Of a stretch of 64,000 bases of DNA, positions 36,718 through 45,255 are shown piece after piece (the first letter of the stretch is position 1; every line of letters begins with the position of its first letter). The stretch comes from Clostridium sp. CAG:524 (lineage in GTDB: Bacteria; Bacillota_I; Bacilli_A; RF39; UBA660), in assembly GCA_000434555.1 (NCBI GenBank), contig FR880110.1, positions 95,284 through 159,283 of the forward strand, in the 5' to 3' direction. A program made the translations under genes and the position numbers. The notes under the pieces are model-generated. The model ran no database searches. It saw only the letters and a list, made by a program, of their open reading frames with translations, and was not told the origin of the DNA.

Positions 36718-37442
36718 TTTAAAAAGTTTTCTAAGTATTTTTTATATGCCTTTTTAGCACTAGATTCTTCTTTCTTATATTTAAGATTATGTTCCTTACA
36801 TATTTTATTAAGTAAATAATCAGTAAAATATGGATTACGTATAAGTAATGGACCAATTATATGAGTAGCATAAACATTCTTATAGTGATATCCATCACCA
36901 TCGCTTTCATAATCATTTGAGTATTCTTTATTTACTTTAAATAGTGGACTCTTTATGTCATAAACTAAATCACATCTATTTTGAAATCCAATTATCTTTT
37001 CTTTTATATATTCAGAAGTTCCAACAACCTCACCAACAATTCTATATCCAGAAGCATTACTAAATATCTTTTCGTTTATAAGTTTAGTATGATAAGCAAA
37101 TATATCAAGAGCATCCATCTTTTCATCATTATTAATAATATATTTACCAAATAAATCCATAGAGTTACCAGTAAGTATTAAATAACCATTATTTTCAATA
37201 TATTTCTTTATATCATTTTTTCTTTTCATGATATCACTAAGTGCAAGAAATAAATTATCTTCACTGCCAGATCCAATATAAACAATATCATATTTATCAA
37301 AATTAATTTGTTCATTAATACTTCTAAAGTCAATATTTACTTTAATTCCATTACGTTTAAGTTCATTATGTAAACATCTAGTATTAGCATTCTCTCCATA
37401 TAAATTAAGAAGATCATAATATAAATGTAAAATATTAATCAT
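36714..37442 (-). CDS. gatD: GatD-like subunit of lipid II isoglutaminyl synthase (class I GATase-like); nucleophile Cys apparently absent
   Basis: Overlaps the murT 3' end by 8 nt. GYHYKNVYATHIIGPLLIRNPYFTDYLL resembles the S. aureus GatD C-terminal region. The expected G-x-C-G-G position reads LILTGNSMDLFGK. Confidence 0.7.
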   Translation of the reverse strand: MINILHLYYDLLNLYGENANTRCLHNELKRNGIKVNIDFRSINEQINFDKYDIVYIGSGSEDNLFLALSDIMKRKNDIKKYIENNGYLILTGNSMDLFGKYIINNDEKMDALDIFAYHTKLINEKIFSNASGYRIVGEVVGTSEYIKEKIIGFQNRCDLVYDIKSPLFKVNKEYSNDYESDGDGYHYKNVYATHIIGPLLIRNPYFTDYLLNKICKEHNLKYKKEESSAKKAYKKYLENFLN

Positions 37443-38781
37443 TATTATTTTCCTCCTTTATAATCTTTTTAAGTTCAATTTCTTTATCAAAACAAACCAT
37501 AGAGAATATCTTACCAGTTGTCTTATTCTTAAGTATTTCACTTAATTTACTAATGTCATCTACAAGTATAATTTTATCTTTATTAATACCTGCATATTCC
37601 ATTCTAACATTCATGTCATAACAGAATTTACCAATTAGAACAATATTTTTAATTGAAGCATCATTTAAACTTTCAAAATCAATATCCCATATCCATGATA
37701 TATCATTTTCTTTATATCTACGACTTGAAGAATCAAATCCAAGTATAATAGTTTTATCACCATCTTGATGTAATATATAATCAAGTGATTGTTTATAACT
37801 TAAATTATTTTCATTTTTACTTACTAGCATTTGCCATTTTCTATTATCAAAGTCATATATTTCAAGTCTTTTAGTTTTAATATTTTCATCATTAATAACC
37901 TTTAAAATATCTTCATCTTTAAGACCGATTGATTTAGATAACGCATAACATCCAGTAACAAAATAAACTGTATATAGAAAGTTAGATGGTAAATTTACTT
38001 CGTTATCATTAATCTTTATCTTTTTATTGTCTACATCAATATCAGTAGCAAAATAATCTGGCTTACCACGATTAAAATGATATTTAGGACAATTATATGA
38101 ACCAATATGTCCATATTGATAATAATCATATTCAAGTTTAGAATGACATATAGGGCAGTAAGCAGCATCTAAATTATTAAGATTACTTTTACGAGAATAA
38201 TTATTTTTATCAATTCCATAAGTAATAATTTCTCCTTTATGATTAATTCTAATTCTATTTACAAAAGGATCATCAACATTTATTACAAGATTAGTTCCGT
38301 TTGGTATTGCCTCTTTAATCGCATTATATATATTTTCAGGATGAGCATTTCTAGGTGGTTGATCTCTAGTTATATTAGTTATCATTAAATGAGTAGGGGT
38401 AATATATTCAAAAACATATTTCATAAATTTCTCATCTAATTCCATAAGTAATACATCTGATTTAAGTTTACCAGTTAGTCTAGAATTATTAAGTACAAGA
38501 GAAGCAATTCCATCAATAGTGTTACTTCCTTCTTTATTATAAACTACTTTATAATTATTTTTAGTAAGTATGTTATACATAAGTTCAGTAGAAGAACTTT
38601 TACCACTAGAACCAGTTATACCAATTACATATTTAGGTAGTTTAATTTTCTTTAGAATATTTTTATCAAGCTTTCTAGCAACTCGTCCTCCTATAACACT
38701 ACCAGCATGACCAGTTAGTTTACTTAGTTTATTTGTTAATTTACATGAAAGTATTACAATAAATTTCCACATTTTAATCAC
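37435..38781 (-). CDS. murT: MurT, Mur-ligase-like subunit of lipid II isoglutaminyl synthase
   Basis: P-loop GITGSSGKSSSTE. Cys-rich ribbon CPICHSKLEY...YNCPKYHF. DUF1727-like C-terminus with NDISWIWDIDFE. Confidence 0.85.
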   Translation of the reverse strand: MIKMWKFIVILSCKLTNKLSKLTGHAGSVIGGRVARKLDKNILKKIKLPKYVIGITGSSGKSSSTELMYNILTKNNYKVVYNKEGSNTIDGIASLVLNNSRLTGKLKSDVLLMELDEKFMKYVFEYITPTHLMITNITRDQPPRNAHPENIYNAIKEAIPNGTNLVINVDDPFVNRIRINHKGEIITYGIDKNNYSRKSNLNNLDAAYCPICHSKLEYDYYQYGHIGSYNCPKYHFNRGKPDYFATDIDVDNKKIKINDNEVNLPSNFLYTVYFVTGCYALSKSIGLKDEDILKVINDENIKTKRLEIYDFDNRKWQMLVSKNENNLSYKQSLDYILHQDGDKTIILGFDSSSRRYKENDISWIWDIDFESLNDASIKNIVLIGKFCYDMNVRMEYAGINKDKIILVDDISKLSEILKNKTTGKIFSMVCFDKEIELKKIIKEENNND

Positions 38782-38825
38782 CTAAATATATTATATAACA
38801 TTTTTATGAATTTATAAATATCTAC

Positions 38826-38854
38826 TTGAAAAACATGAACCCTTGTGTTACAAT
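38826..38854 (+). promoter_or_regulatory. Sigma-A promoter (extended -10) for tRNA-Glu
   Basis: TTGAAA (38826-38831), 17-nt spacer ending in TGt, TACAAT (38849-38854). The tRNA begins 16 nt downstream. Confidence 0.6.
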
Positions 38855-38869
38855 CAATGTATTGTTGAT

Positions 38870-38945
38870 GGCTCATTGGTGAAATGGTTAACACATCGCC
38901 CTCTCAAGGCGACATTCAAGGGTTCAAATCCCTTATGAGTCACCA
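38870..38945 (+). tRNA. tRNA-Glu, anticodon CUC
   Basis: Hand-folded cloverleaf of 76 nt. Acceptor GGCTCAT/ATGAGTC (one G-U), D arm GTG/CAC, anticodon stem TCGCC/GGCGA with loop CT-CTC-AA, T arm AAGGG-TTCAAAT-CCCTT, and an encoded CCA. Overall similar to Bacillus tRNA-Glu. Confidence 0.8.
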
Positions 38946-39113
38946 ATTTTTTTATTTGAACTATTATTTTATGGGAAATTTTAAGATAGTTTTATTATAA
39001 TTAGAGTGTAAAATAATGAATAATTATTTACATAATATCAATTGATATGATAATATATAAATAGTGAAGTACCTAACCCCTGTGATTGGGCGTCACAATG
39101 TTTTTTTTGTTAA

Positions 39114-39147
39114 GCCTAACTACAAAAGTAAGTTAGGCATTTTTATT
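39114..39147 (+). terminator. Hairpin with T-run on the plus strand (possible antisense-RNA terminator)
   Basis: GCCTAACT (39114-39121) pairs with AGTTAGGC (39131-39138), followed by ATTTTTATT. The hairpin lies in the 3' UTR of the minus-strand tiny ORF. Confidence 0.5.
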
Positions 39148-39214
39148 AACCAAAAATGATTAATAAAATTATTATAATAAGCAAAACGGCTATTAATAAG
39201 TCTTTCTTACTCAT
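39146..39214 (-). CDS. 22-aa hydrophobic peptide (type I toxin-like or tiny TM protein)
   Basis: GGAGGTGG RBS (39221-39228) 6 nt upstream of the ATG. Sequence is MSKKDLLIAVLLIIIILLIIFG. Not in the ORF track. Confidence 0.55.
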   Translation of the reverse strand: MSKKDLLIAVLLIIIILLIIFG

Positions 39215-39525
39215 ATAATACCACCTCCATTAGATTCCCCTGAAAAGAGAGAACAATAATGATTGTGGCGCCCAACCTAGGTACTTCGGTAATAGGTTAA
39301 CATATATGAAAATATAATGCAAAAAGGTAAAATTCAATTTTTAATTTTGAAAATTCAATTTTTCTATATAGATTTATTAAATATTGATAGAGTATTTTAT
39401 GAATAATTAAATTTTTCTTATTTACAACGTGTAAAAATTAAAATTCACTAAAAATAAAAAAATTTAAATAATACTGAAATATGTATTATTTTTTTTATGT
39501 TGTTAACAATAATATTAGGTGGATT

Positions 39526-39960
39526 ATGAATAAAAAAGAATATAAAAAGATAGTGGAAAAAAATATTGAAAAAGAAAGTCCTACTAAAAATGTTTTAATA
39601 GCATTTATAAGTGGTGGATTTGCTGGATTATTTGCTGAACTTATAACTAACTATTATATAGGATGGTTGAATCTTTATATAAGTGATGCTTATTTAATGA
39701 CATTTATAACATTTGTAACAATTGGTTCTATTTTAACAGGATTTGGAATATTTGATAAAGTATTATCAGTAGTTAAATGTGGACTTATAGTGCCAGCTAG
39801 TGGATTTGCGAATACTATGACAAGTTCTGCGATGGATACAAGAAGTGAAGGATTCATAAAAGGAATAGGTGCGAGTATATTTAAACTTGCTGGAAGTATA
39901 ATTCTTTATGGCGTTATATTTGGAATAATATTTGGGTATATAAGGAGTGTAGTATTATGA
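39526..39960 (+). CDS. spoVAC: Stage V sporulation protein AC
   Basis: Start at the Met behind AGGTGG (39526). TGFGIFDK...PASGFANTM...RSEGFIKGIGASIFKLAGSIILYG matches SpoVAC. Confidence 0.85.
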   Translation: MNKKEYKKIVEKNIEKESPTKNVLIAFISGGFAGLFAELITNYYIGWLNLYISDAYLMTFITFVTIGSILTGFGIFDKVLSVVKCGLIVPASGFANTMTSSAMDTRSEGFIKGIGASIFKLAGSIILYGVIFGIIFGYIRSVVL

Positions 39961-40922
39961 CAAAATATTATGATAACGTTTATATTAATAATAAATATTC
40001 ACTTTTAGGATCAACAAGATATGATCCAATTGTTAAAAGTAATGTTGATAATTGTATTAATGATTATTATATAGGTCAAAAGACAATTGAACTTGCTGAA
40101 AGTAAATATCAAGAAATAACAATAGAAGGTTTACTTAAAAAAAGTAAACTAAAAGAAAAAAATATAGAATTATTAATATCAAGTGATCTTCAAAATCAAA
40201 ATCTATGTTCTACATTGGGAGCATCTAAATTTAAAATACCTTATCTTGGTATATATAGTGCTTGTGCTGGATTTACTGAAGGACTTATTGTTGCTTCTTC
40301 TTTATCTAAGAATGCGATTGTTACAGTTTCTTCTCATAATCTTGTAAGTGAAAAACAATTTAGATTTCCAGTTGAATATGGAGCACTTAGAAAAATGGTT
40401 AATACATGCACATCTACTGGAAGCATAAGTGTTCTTGTGTCAAATAATGAATCTAATATAAGAATAGAGTCATCAACAATAGGTAGGGTAATTACTATGG
40501 GTCATACTGATTCTAATGATATGGGAAGTGCGATGGCACCTTCATGTGCTGAAACTTTACATGATCATTTGAAAGATACAGGTAGAAATCCAAATTATTA
40601 TGATTTAGTTCTTACTGGTGATCTTGGAATTTATGGATTAAAAATTATGAAAGAATATTACAAAAAGAAATATAAAGTGGATTTATCAAATGTTAATATA
40701 ATTGATTCAGGTAGTATGTATTTTACAAAAGAAAATATATATGCTGGAGCTAGTGGTCCATTATGTTTACCTCTTATATTCTTTGATTATATCTTACCAA
40801 TGAAAAAGTATAATAAAATATTATTAATCGCAACAGGTTCGCTTCATTCAGTATTAAGTTCTAATTTAAAACTTGAAATGCCGGGAGTAAGTCACATAGT
40901 TAGTGTGGAGGTGAAATATTGA
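39957..40922 (+). CDS. spoVAD: Stage V sporulation protein AD
   Basis: Thiolase/FabH-like fold protein (GIYSACAGFTEG) overlapping spoVAC and spoVAEB. Canonical operon order. Confidence 0.85.
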   Translation: MTKYYDNVYINNKYSLLGSTRYDPIVKSNVDNCINDYYIGQKTIELAESKYQEITIEGLLKKSKLKEKNIELLISSDLQNQNLCSTLGASKFKIPYLGIYSACAGFTEGLIVASSLSKNAIVTVSSHNLVSEKQFRFPVEYGALRKMVNTCTSTGSISVLVSNNESNIRIESSTIGRVITMGHTDSNDMGSAMAPSCAETLHDHLKDTGRNPNYYDLVLTGDLGIYGLKIMKEYYKKKYKVDLSNVNIIDSGSMYFTKENIYAGASGPLCLPLIFFDYILPMKKYNKILLIATGSLHSVLSSNLKLEMPGVSHIVSVEVKY

Positions 40923-41269
40923 CATATATATTATCATTCTTATTTTGTGGAATAGTTTGTGCTATTTCTCAATATGTACTAGAAAAAACTAAATGGACAC
41001 CAGGACATATGAATACTTTACTTGTTATAGTTGGATGCATTTTATCAGGATTTGGACTTTATGATATTTTGCTAAAAGTTTTTCATGCAGGAGCAAGTAT
41101 ACCAATCATTAATTTTGGACATTTACTTGTTACTGGCGCAAGTGAAGGATATTTGGTGGATGGCTTTATAGGACTTTTTAAGGGCGTACTTGTTAATGCT
41201 AGTGCTGGAATAAGTTATACGATATTAATATCTTTTATAGTAAGTTTATTATTTAAGGTTAAAAACTAA
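40919..41269 (+). CDS. spoVAEB: Stage V sporulation protein AE (AEB)
   Basis: 116-aa multi-TM protein with a TTG start overlapping the spoVAD stop. SGFGLYD...GASIPIINFGH resembles the SpoVAC/AEB family. Confidence 0.8.
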   Translation: MTYILSFLFCGIVCAISQYVLEKTKWTPGHMNTLLVIVGCILSGFGLYDILLKVFHAGASIPIINFGHLLVTGASEGYLVDGFIGLFKGVLVNASAGISYTILISFIVSLLFKVKN

Positions 41270-41271
41270 AA

Positions 41272-41297
41272 AAGGAATGACATTTCCTTCTTTTTTT
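41272..41297 (+). terminator. Rho-independent terminator after the spoVA genes
   Basis: AAGGAA (41272-41277) pairs with TTCCTT (41284-41289), followed by CTTTTTTT. Confidence 0.65.
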
Positions 41298-41336
41298 GTT
41301 ATAATTTTTTTAGGAATAAAAAGGATAGTGGTTAAT

Positions 41337-42467
41337 ATGGATAATACAAATAATGTAAATAATGGTGTGGGTAGTGAAAATAATGCACCTGTAAATAATG
41401 GAGTATCAGTACCAAATACACAACCTGAAGTGATTAATTCAAATACACAACAAGTGGTAGGACAAACATCAGTTCTAGAAGGGGTACAAACAAATACGCC
41501 ACAAACAGCTCAACCAGTACAATCAGTTCAACCACAAACAGTGGCAGCACCAACAGTGCAACCAACACCTGAAACTCCAATGCCTGAAATGCCTGCTATG
41601 CCAGAAGTTGCGCCAATGGAAGCAGCACCAATGGAAGAACAAGTAATCTCAACACATAAAAAGAAAACTAGTAATTTAATTATGTATATACTTGTAATAA
41701 TACTTATATTATTTGTTGTGTTTATTGATCCAATAAAAGAATTTATAACTGATAAAATAATTGATTTTAAACCTAATAATCCTAATACATCTGAAAATTT
41801 GATAAGTGGATTTTTAAAATTAGAAGAGAAGAGTGGATACATAAAAGTTAATAATATTAAATATTATAATGTTAAAAAAAGTAATGAAACAAATATTATA
41901 TTAAATTATGAACCATATAAAAATTCTTCTAATATAGAAAAAGAAGGTATATATATTGAATTATATAATGCTGATAAAGAAATACTTAGTAAGACATTAT
42001 TTAATCCATCAAAGATAGAAAAAGAAGTTGTAAGAACATTCACTTTTGAAGTAACAAATGATGTATATACTGATGCTTTTTATGCTCTTGTTAAAACTTA
42101 TACTGATGAGGAATTAAAGTCTACAAAAACATTAACATGTAAATATACAGTTAATAATGACAATATTACTTTAAATTATGTTAATACATATGAATTTATT
42201 AATAATTCTCTTACTAAATATAATGTAAATAAAACTTTCTCATATAAAGAAGATAATACTGAATCTAATAAATATAAAAATGAACTTAAAAGTGAATACT
42301 TGAATATAAATGATTTTAATATAAAGAGTGAATATAATGATACTTCTCTTAAATATAGTATTGATTTATCAAATGAAATAAAAGATTTTAGACCACTATA
42401 TAAAAAAGATACAATAATAACAATAGTTAAAAATAAAGAAAAATTAAAGAAATGGAAATGTGAATAA
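41337..42467 (+). CDS. Single-pass membrane protein with N/Q/P/V-rich cytoplasmic head and ~240-aa extracytoplasmic domain
   Basis: Start placed after the spoVA terminator, because the track start 41277 lies inside the hairpin. TM helix LIMYILVIILILFVVFI. No family motif recognised. Confidence 0.65.
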   Translation: MDNTNNVNNGVGSENNAPVNNGVSVPNTQPEVINSNTQQVVGQTSVLEGVQTNTPQTAQPVQSVQPQTVAAPTVQPTPETPMPEMPAMPEVAPMEAAPMEEQVISTHKKKTSNLIMYILVIILILFVVFIDPIKEFITDKIIDFKPNNPNTSENLISGFLKLEEKSGYIKVNNIKYYNVKKSNETNIILNYEPYKNSSNIEKEGIYIELYNADKEILSKTLFNPSKIEKEVVRTFTFEVTNDVYTDAFYALVKTYTDEELKSTKTLTCKYTVNNDNITLNYVNTYEFINNSLTKYNVNKTFSYKEDNTESNKYKNELKSEYLNINDFNIKSEYNDTSLKYSIDLSNEIKDFRPLYKKDTIITIVKNKEKLKKWKCE

Positions 42468-43180
42468 TGGATAATTTATTAATAGGGGATTTTGAAGGTC
42501 CACTTGATTTACTACTTCATTTAATAAAGAAATCAAAAATGGAAATATTTGATATAGAAATATCAAAAATAACTGAAGAATATATTAATTATATTAATTC
42601 TATGGCTGAACTTAATCTTGATATAGCAAGTGAATATTTAGTTATGGCAAGTGAACTTGTAGAAATGAAAAGTAAGAAACTTCTTCCTACTCATGAAGAA
42701 AAAGAGGATGAAGAAGATATTAATCCTGAAGAAGAACTTAAGAAAAGACTTATTGAATATAAGAAATATAAAGAAAGTACTGAAGTATTTAGAGCACTTG
42801 AAGAAAAAAGAAGTAATTATTTTACTAAAGCACCTGAAAGTATGAAAAAGTATTCAGTAGAAACATTAGAAAATGATGGTAATGTAAGTTTATTTGATTT
42901 ACTTGATGCATTTCAAAAGATGTTAGAAAGAAGAGAAACAAGTAAGCCAATGAATACTAAGATAGCTAGAAAAGAAATGTCTGTAAAAGAAAGAGTTGTT
43001 AAGATAAGAGAAATATTAAAAACCAAAAAGAAACTAGCTTTCGAAGAATTATTTGATGATTTTAGTAAACCTTATGTTGTTGTTACATTTTTATCTATTC
43101 TTGAAATGGTAAAGGGAAGAGAAATAAATATTAAACAAGATGGTAATTTTGGAGAAATATACTTAGAAAGAGTTGATTAG
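42467..43180 (+). CDS. scpA: Segregation and condensation protein A
   Basis: FEGPLDLLLHLIKKSKMEIFDIEISKITEEY is the canonical ScpA N-terminus. Coupled to scpB. Confidence 0.9.
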   Translation: MDNLLIGDFEGPLDLLLHLIKKSKMEIFDIEISKITEEYINYINSMAELNLDIASEYLVMASELVEMKSKKLLPTHEEKEDEEDINPEEELKKRLIEYKKYKESTEVFRALEEKRSNYFTKAPESMKKYSVETLENDGNVSLFDLLDAFQKMLERRETSKPMNTKIARKEMSVKERVVKIREILKTKKKLAFEELFDDFSKPYVVVTFLSILEMVKGREINIKQDGNFGEIYLERVD

Positions 43181-43181
43181 C

Positions 43182-43745
43182 ATGAATTATAAAGCAATTG
43201 TAGAAGGCCTATTATTTGTAGTAGGTGATGAAGGTATTACAGTTGAAGAATTAAGAAAAATATTAGAACTTGATAATGAAACATTAAAGCAAATATTTTT
43301 AGAATTGAAAAGAGATTATGATAAGCCTGATAGAGGACTTAGAATATCATATTTAGGTAATGCATTTAAGCTAACTACTAAAGAAGAACATAAAGAGTTT
43401 TATGAAAAATTAGTTGTTGATACTAAAAATAAAACGTTATCTAATGCATCTTTAGAAGTACTTGCAGTAATTGCATATAATGAACCAATAACAAGACTTA
43501 AAATAGATGAAATAAGAGGAGTAAATAGTTCACAAATAGTAAGAAGATTACTTGCAAGAGGATTTATAAAAATATGTGGTAAAGATGATTCAATTGGAAA
43601 ACCAAATCTATATAAAACAACAAATGAATTTCTTGATTACTTTGGATTATCTTCAAAAAAAGATTTACCTGAAATAATAAATAAAAATATAGAAAAAGAT
43701 GATAATGAAGATTTATACGATTCAACATATAAAGAAAACAATTAG
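43182..43745 (+). CDS. scpB: Segregation and condensation protein B
   Basis: IVEGLLFVVGDEGIT..., LEVLAVIAYNEPITRLKIDEIRGV, GKPNLYKTTNEFLDYFGL. An alternative TTG start lies at 43173. Confidence 0.9.
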   Translation: MNYKAIVEGLLFVVGDEGITVEELRKILELDNETLKQIFLELKRDYDKPDRGLRISYLGNAFKLTTKEEHKEFYEKLVVDTKNKTLSNASLEVLAVIAYNEPITRLKIDEIRGVNSSQIVRRLLARGFIKICGKDDSIGKPNLYKTTNEFLDYFGLSSKKDLPEIINKNIEKDDNEDLYDSTYKENN

Positions 43746-43762
43746 AACTAACTAATTGCTTT

Positions 43763-44491
43763 TTATTTTAGATAACTTCTTATAAGTATACTATCTTCTT
43801 CAGTGAATCTATCAATTGTATCTATAAAATATTTATCACTTTTTTCATAACCAAAAATATATTTAAAATAGTCTTTCTTATCACCATCAAAGAATTCAAT
43901 AATATCACTTTGTTCAATACTATTAAGTTCAAATGGTAAGATAACTCTCATATTAATTAATATCGTAAAACATAATCTAGCAAGTCTTAAATAAGAAAGT
44001 TCAATATTATGATTAAAATTATCTTTAACACATATTTTATCAAGCATAACACTATCCATATCTATAACTCTGACAATACCATCTTTATATAAAAAGTTAC
44101 CAGTATGAATATCAGGATAACATACACCAATTCTCTCTAAATACATAATTATTTGATATAGTTTTATTGCTATTTGTTTTCTATCACTAAAACTTAATGA
44201 TTCATCCTCTATCAATCTAAATAGAGTAGAAAAATCTTTTAAATATTCCATTCCATATCCAACTATATTGCTACCATAAATAATTGAATATTTAGGAATA
44301 ATGCATTCTTGTCTTTCTATTTCATCTAATGACAATATAGTTCTTTGTCTATCAAAACTTATTCTTTTATTGAATAGTTTGATAATATCACCATTATATA
44401 AATATAGTTCGCTCTCATTATGTATTCCATTAGGTATAATATGATCTTTCTTATATTCTTTTCTAAATTTTACAATGTTCATAATAATCAC
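43763..44491 (-). CDS. Minimal protein-kinase-like fold protein (242 aa)
   Basis: Catalytic-loop-like YPDIHTGNFLY and Mg-binding-like VIDMDS, with a candidate lysine in IIKLFNK. No glycine-rich loop is recognisable. Confidence 0.5.
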   Translation of the reverse strand: MIIMNIVKFRKEYKKDHIIPNGIHNESELYLYNGDIIKLFNKRISFDRQRTILSLDEIERQECIIPKYSIIYGSNIVGYGMEYLKDFSTLFRLIEDESLSFSDRKQIAIKLYQIIMYLERIGVCYPDIHTGNFLYKDGIVRVIDMDSVMLDKICVKDNFNHNIELSYLRLARLCFTILINMRVILPFELNSIEQSDIIEFFDGDKKDYFKYIFGYEKSDKYFIDTIDRFTEEDSILIRSYLK

Positions 44492-44516
44492 TTGAAAGTT
44501 ATTATAGCATGTATAT

Positions 44517-45155
44517 TTAATTTGTACTAGATAATTTTAATTTTGCTTGACTGCATTCTTCTAATATATTAGATAAAGTATCATATGGAATATCATATTC
44601 ACTTTCAAGTCTATCTAATATTTCGCTATTATCCATATTTAAAAGAGTTAGTAATTTTTCAAGTATATCTTTAATATCATTACCTTTATGTGTAGAATTA
44701 AATGAATTAATATGTATTTTTAAATATTCAAATATAGAAACACTAGTTTTATTATCTAGTTCTTTATGAAATACATCTTGTATAGTTCTATTTAAATATA
44801 AAATAAATCTTATTACTTTATCATAATCATTATCAAGTGAAGAAACTTTAATACCATTAATTATCATATCATTACCACATATTATAAATCTTTTAGATAG
44901 ATTCATAATATCTAACAATGAATAATTATCAAATGGATATGGTAGTAATTTAAGTCTCATTAGTTTTGAATAATATAGTATATCACTTTCGGTTATTTTA
45001 TCTTGAACTCCTATAACATTGTAATCTCTATCAAGAAGAATATCTTTTCTTTTTTCTTTATTAGAGAGTATTATATGTTCTTCATGTGTAGTTGTATCTT
45101 TTTGGTCTACTCCATATTCTTTACATTTAAAAATAAAATTAAAATTGTTTGTCAT
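44517..45155 (-). CDS. Hypothetical protein (212 aa)
   Basis: ORF upstream of, and co-oriented with, the kinase-like gene (25-nt gap). RBS GGAGGAA. No motif recognised. Confidence 0.55.
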   Translation of the reverse strand: MTNNFNFIFKCKEYGVDQKDTTTHEEHIILSNKEKRKDILLDRDYNVIGVQDKITESDILYYSKLMRLKLLPYPFDNYSLLDIMNLSKRFIICGNDMIINGIKVSSLDNDYDKVIRFILYLNRTIQDVFHKELDNKTSVSIFEYLKIHINSFNSTHKGNDIKDILEKLLTLLNMDNSEILDRLESEYDIPYDTLSNILEECSQAKLKLSSTN

Positions 45156-45255
45156 AAATTCCTCCGTATATTTACTATATTATTCTAATATAATATTTAT
45201 GTCAATAATAGACAAATGAATTTAATGTGATATAATTTAGGTATAAGGAGAAGAT

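Larger units (their letters stand above)
39066..39287. repeat. Imperfect inverted repeat pair flanking a tiny ORF
   Basis: Left arm 39066-39099 is gaagtaccta-acccctgtga-ttgggcgtcacaat. Right arm 39262-39287 is attgtggcgcccaa-cc-taggtacttc. The arms give 10 bp plus 13 of 14 bp of complementarity. Confidence 0.85.

Noticed and set aside
39328-39525. A direct repeat, aaaattcaattttt, occurs twice (39328-39342 and 39349-39363). I also searched for a sigma-G/sigma-F promoter upstream of spoVAC.
   Set aside because: The repeat is short and low-complexity. The best forespore-type match (GTATT...CAATAAT near 39483-39515) deviates from the GHATR-N17/18-CATxHTA consensus, so I cannot support a promoter call.
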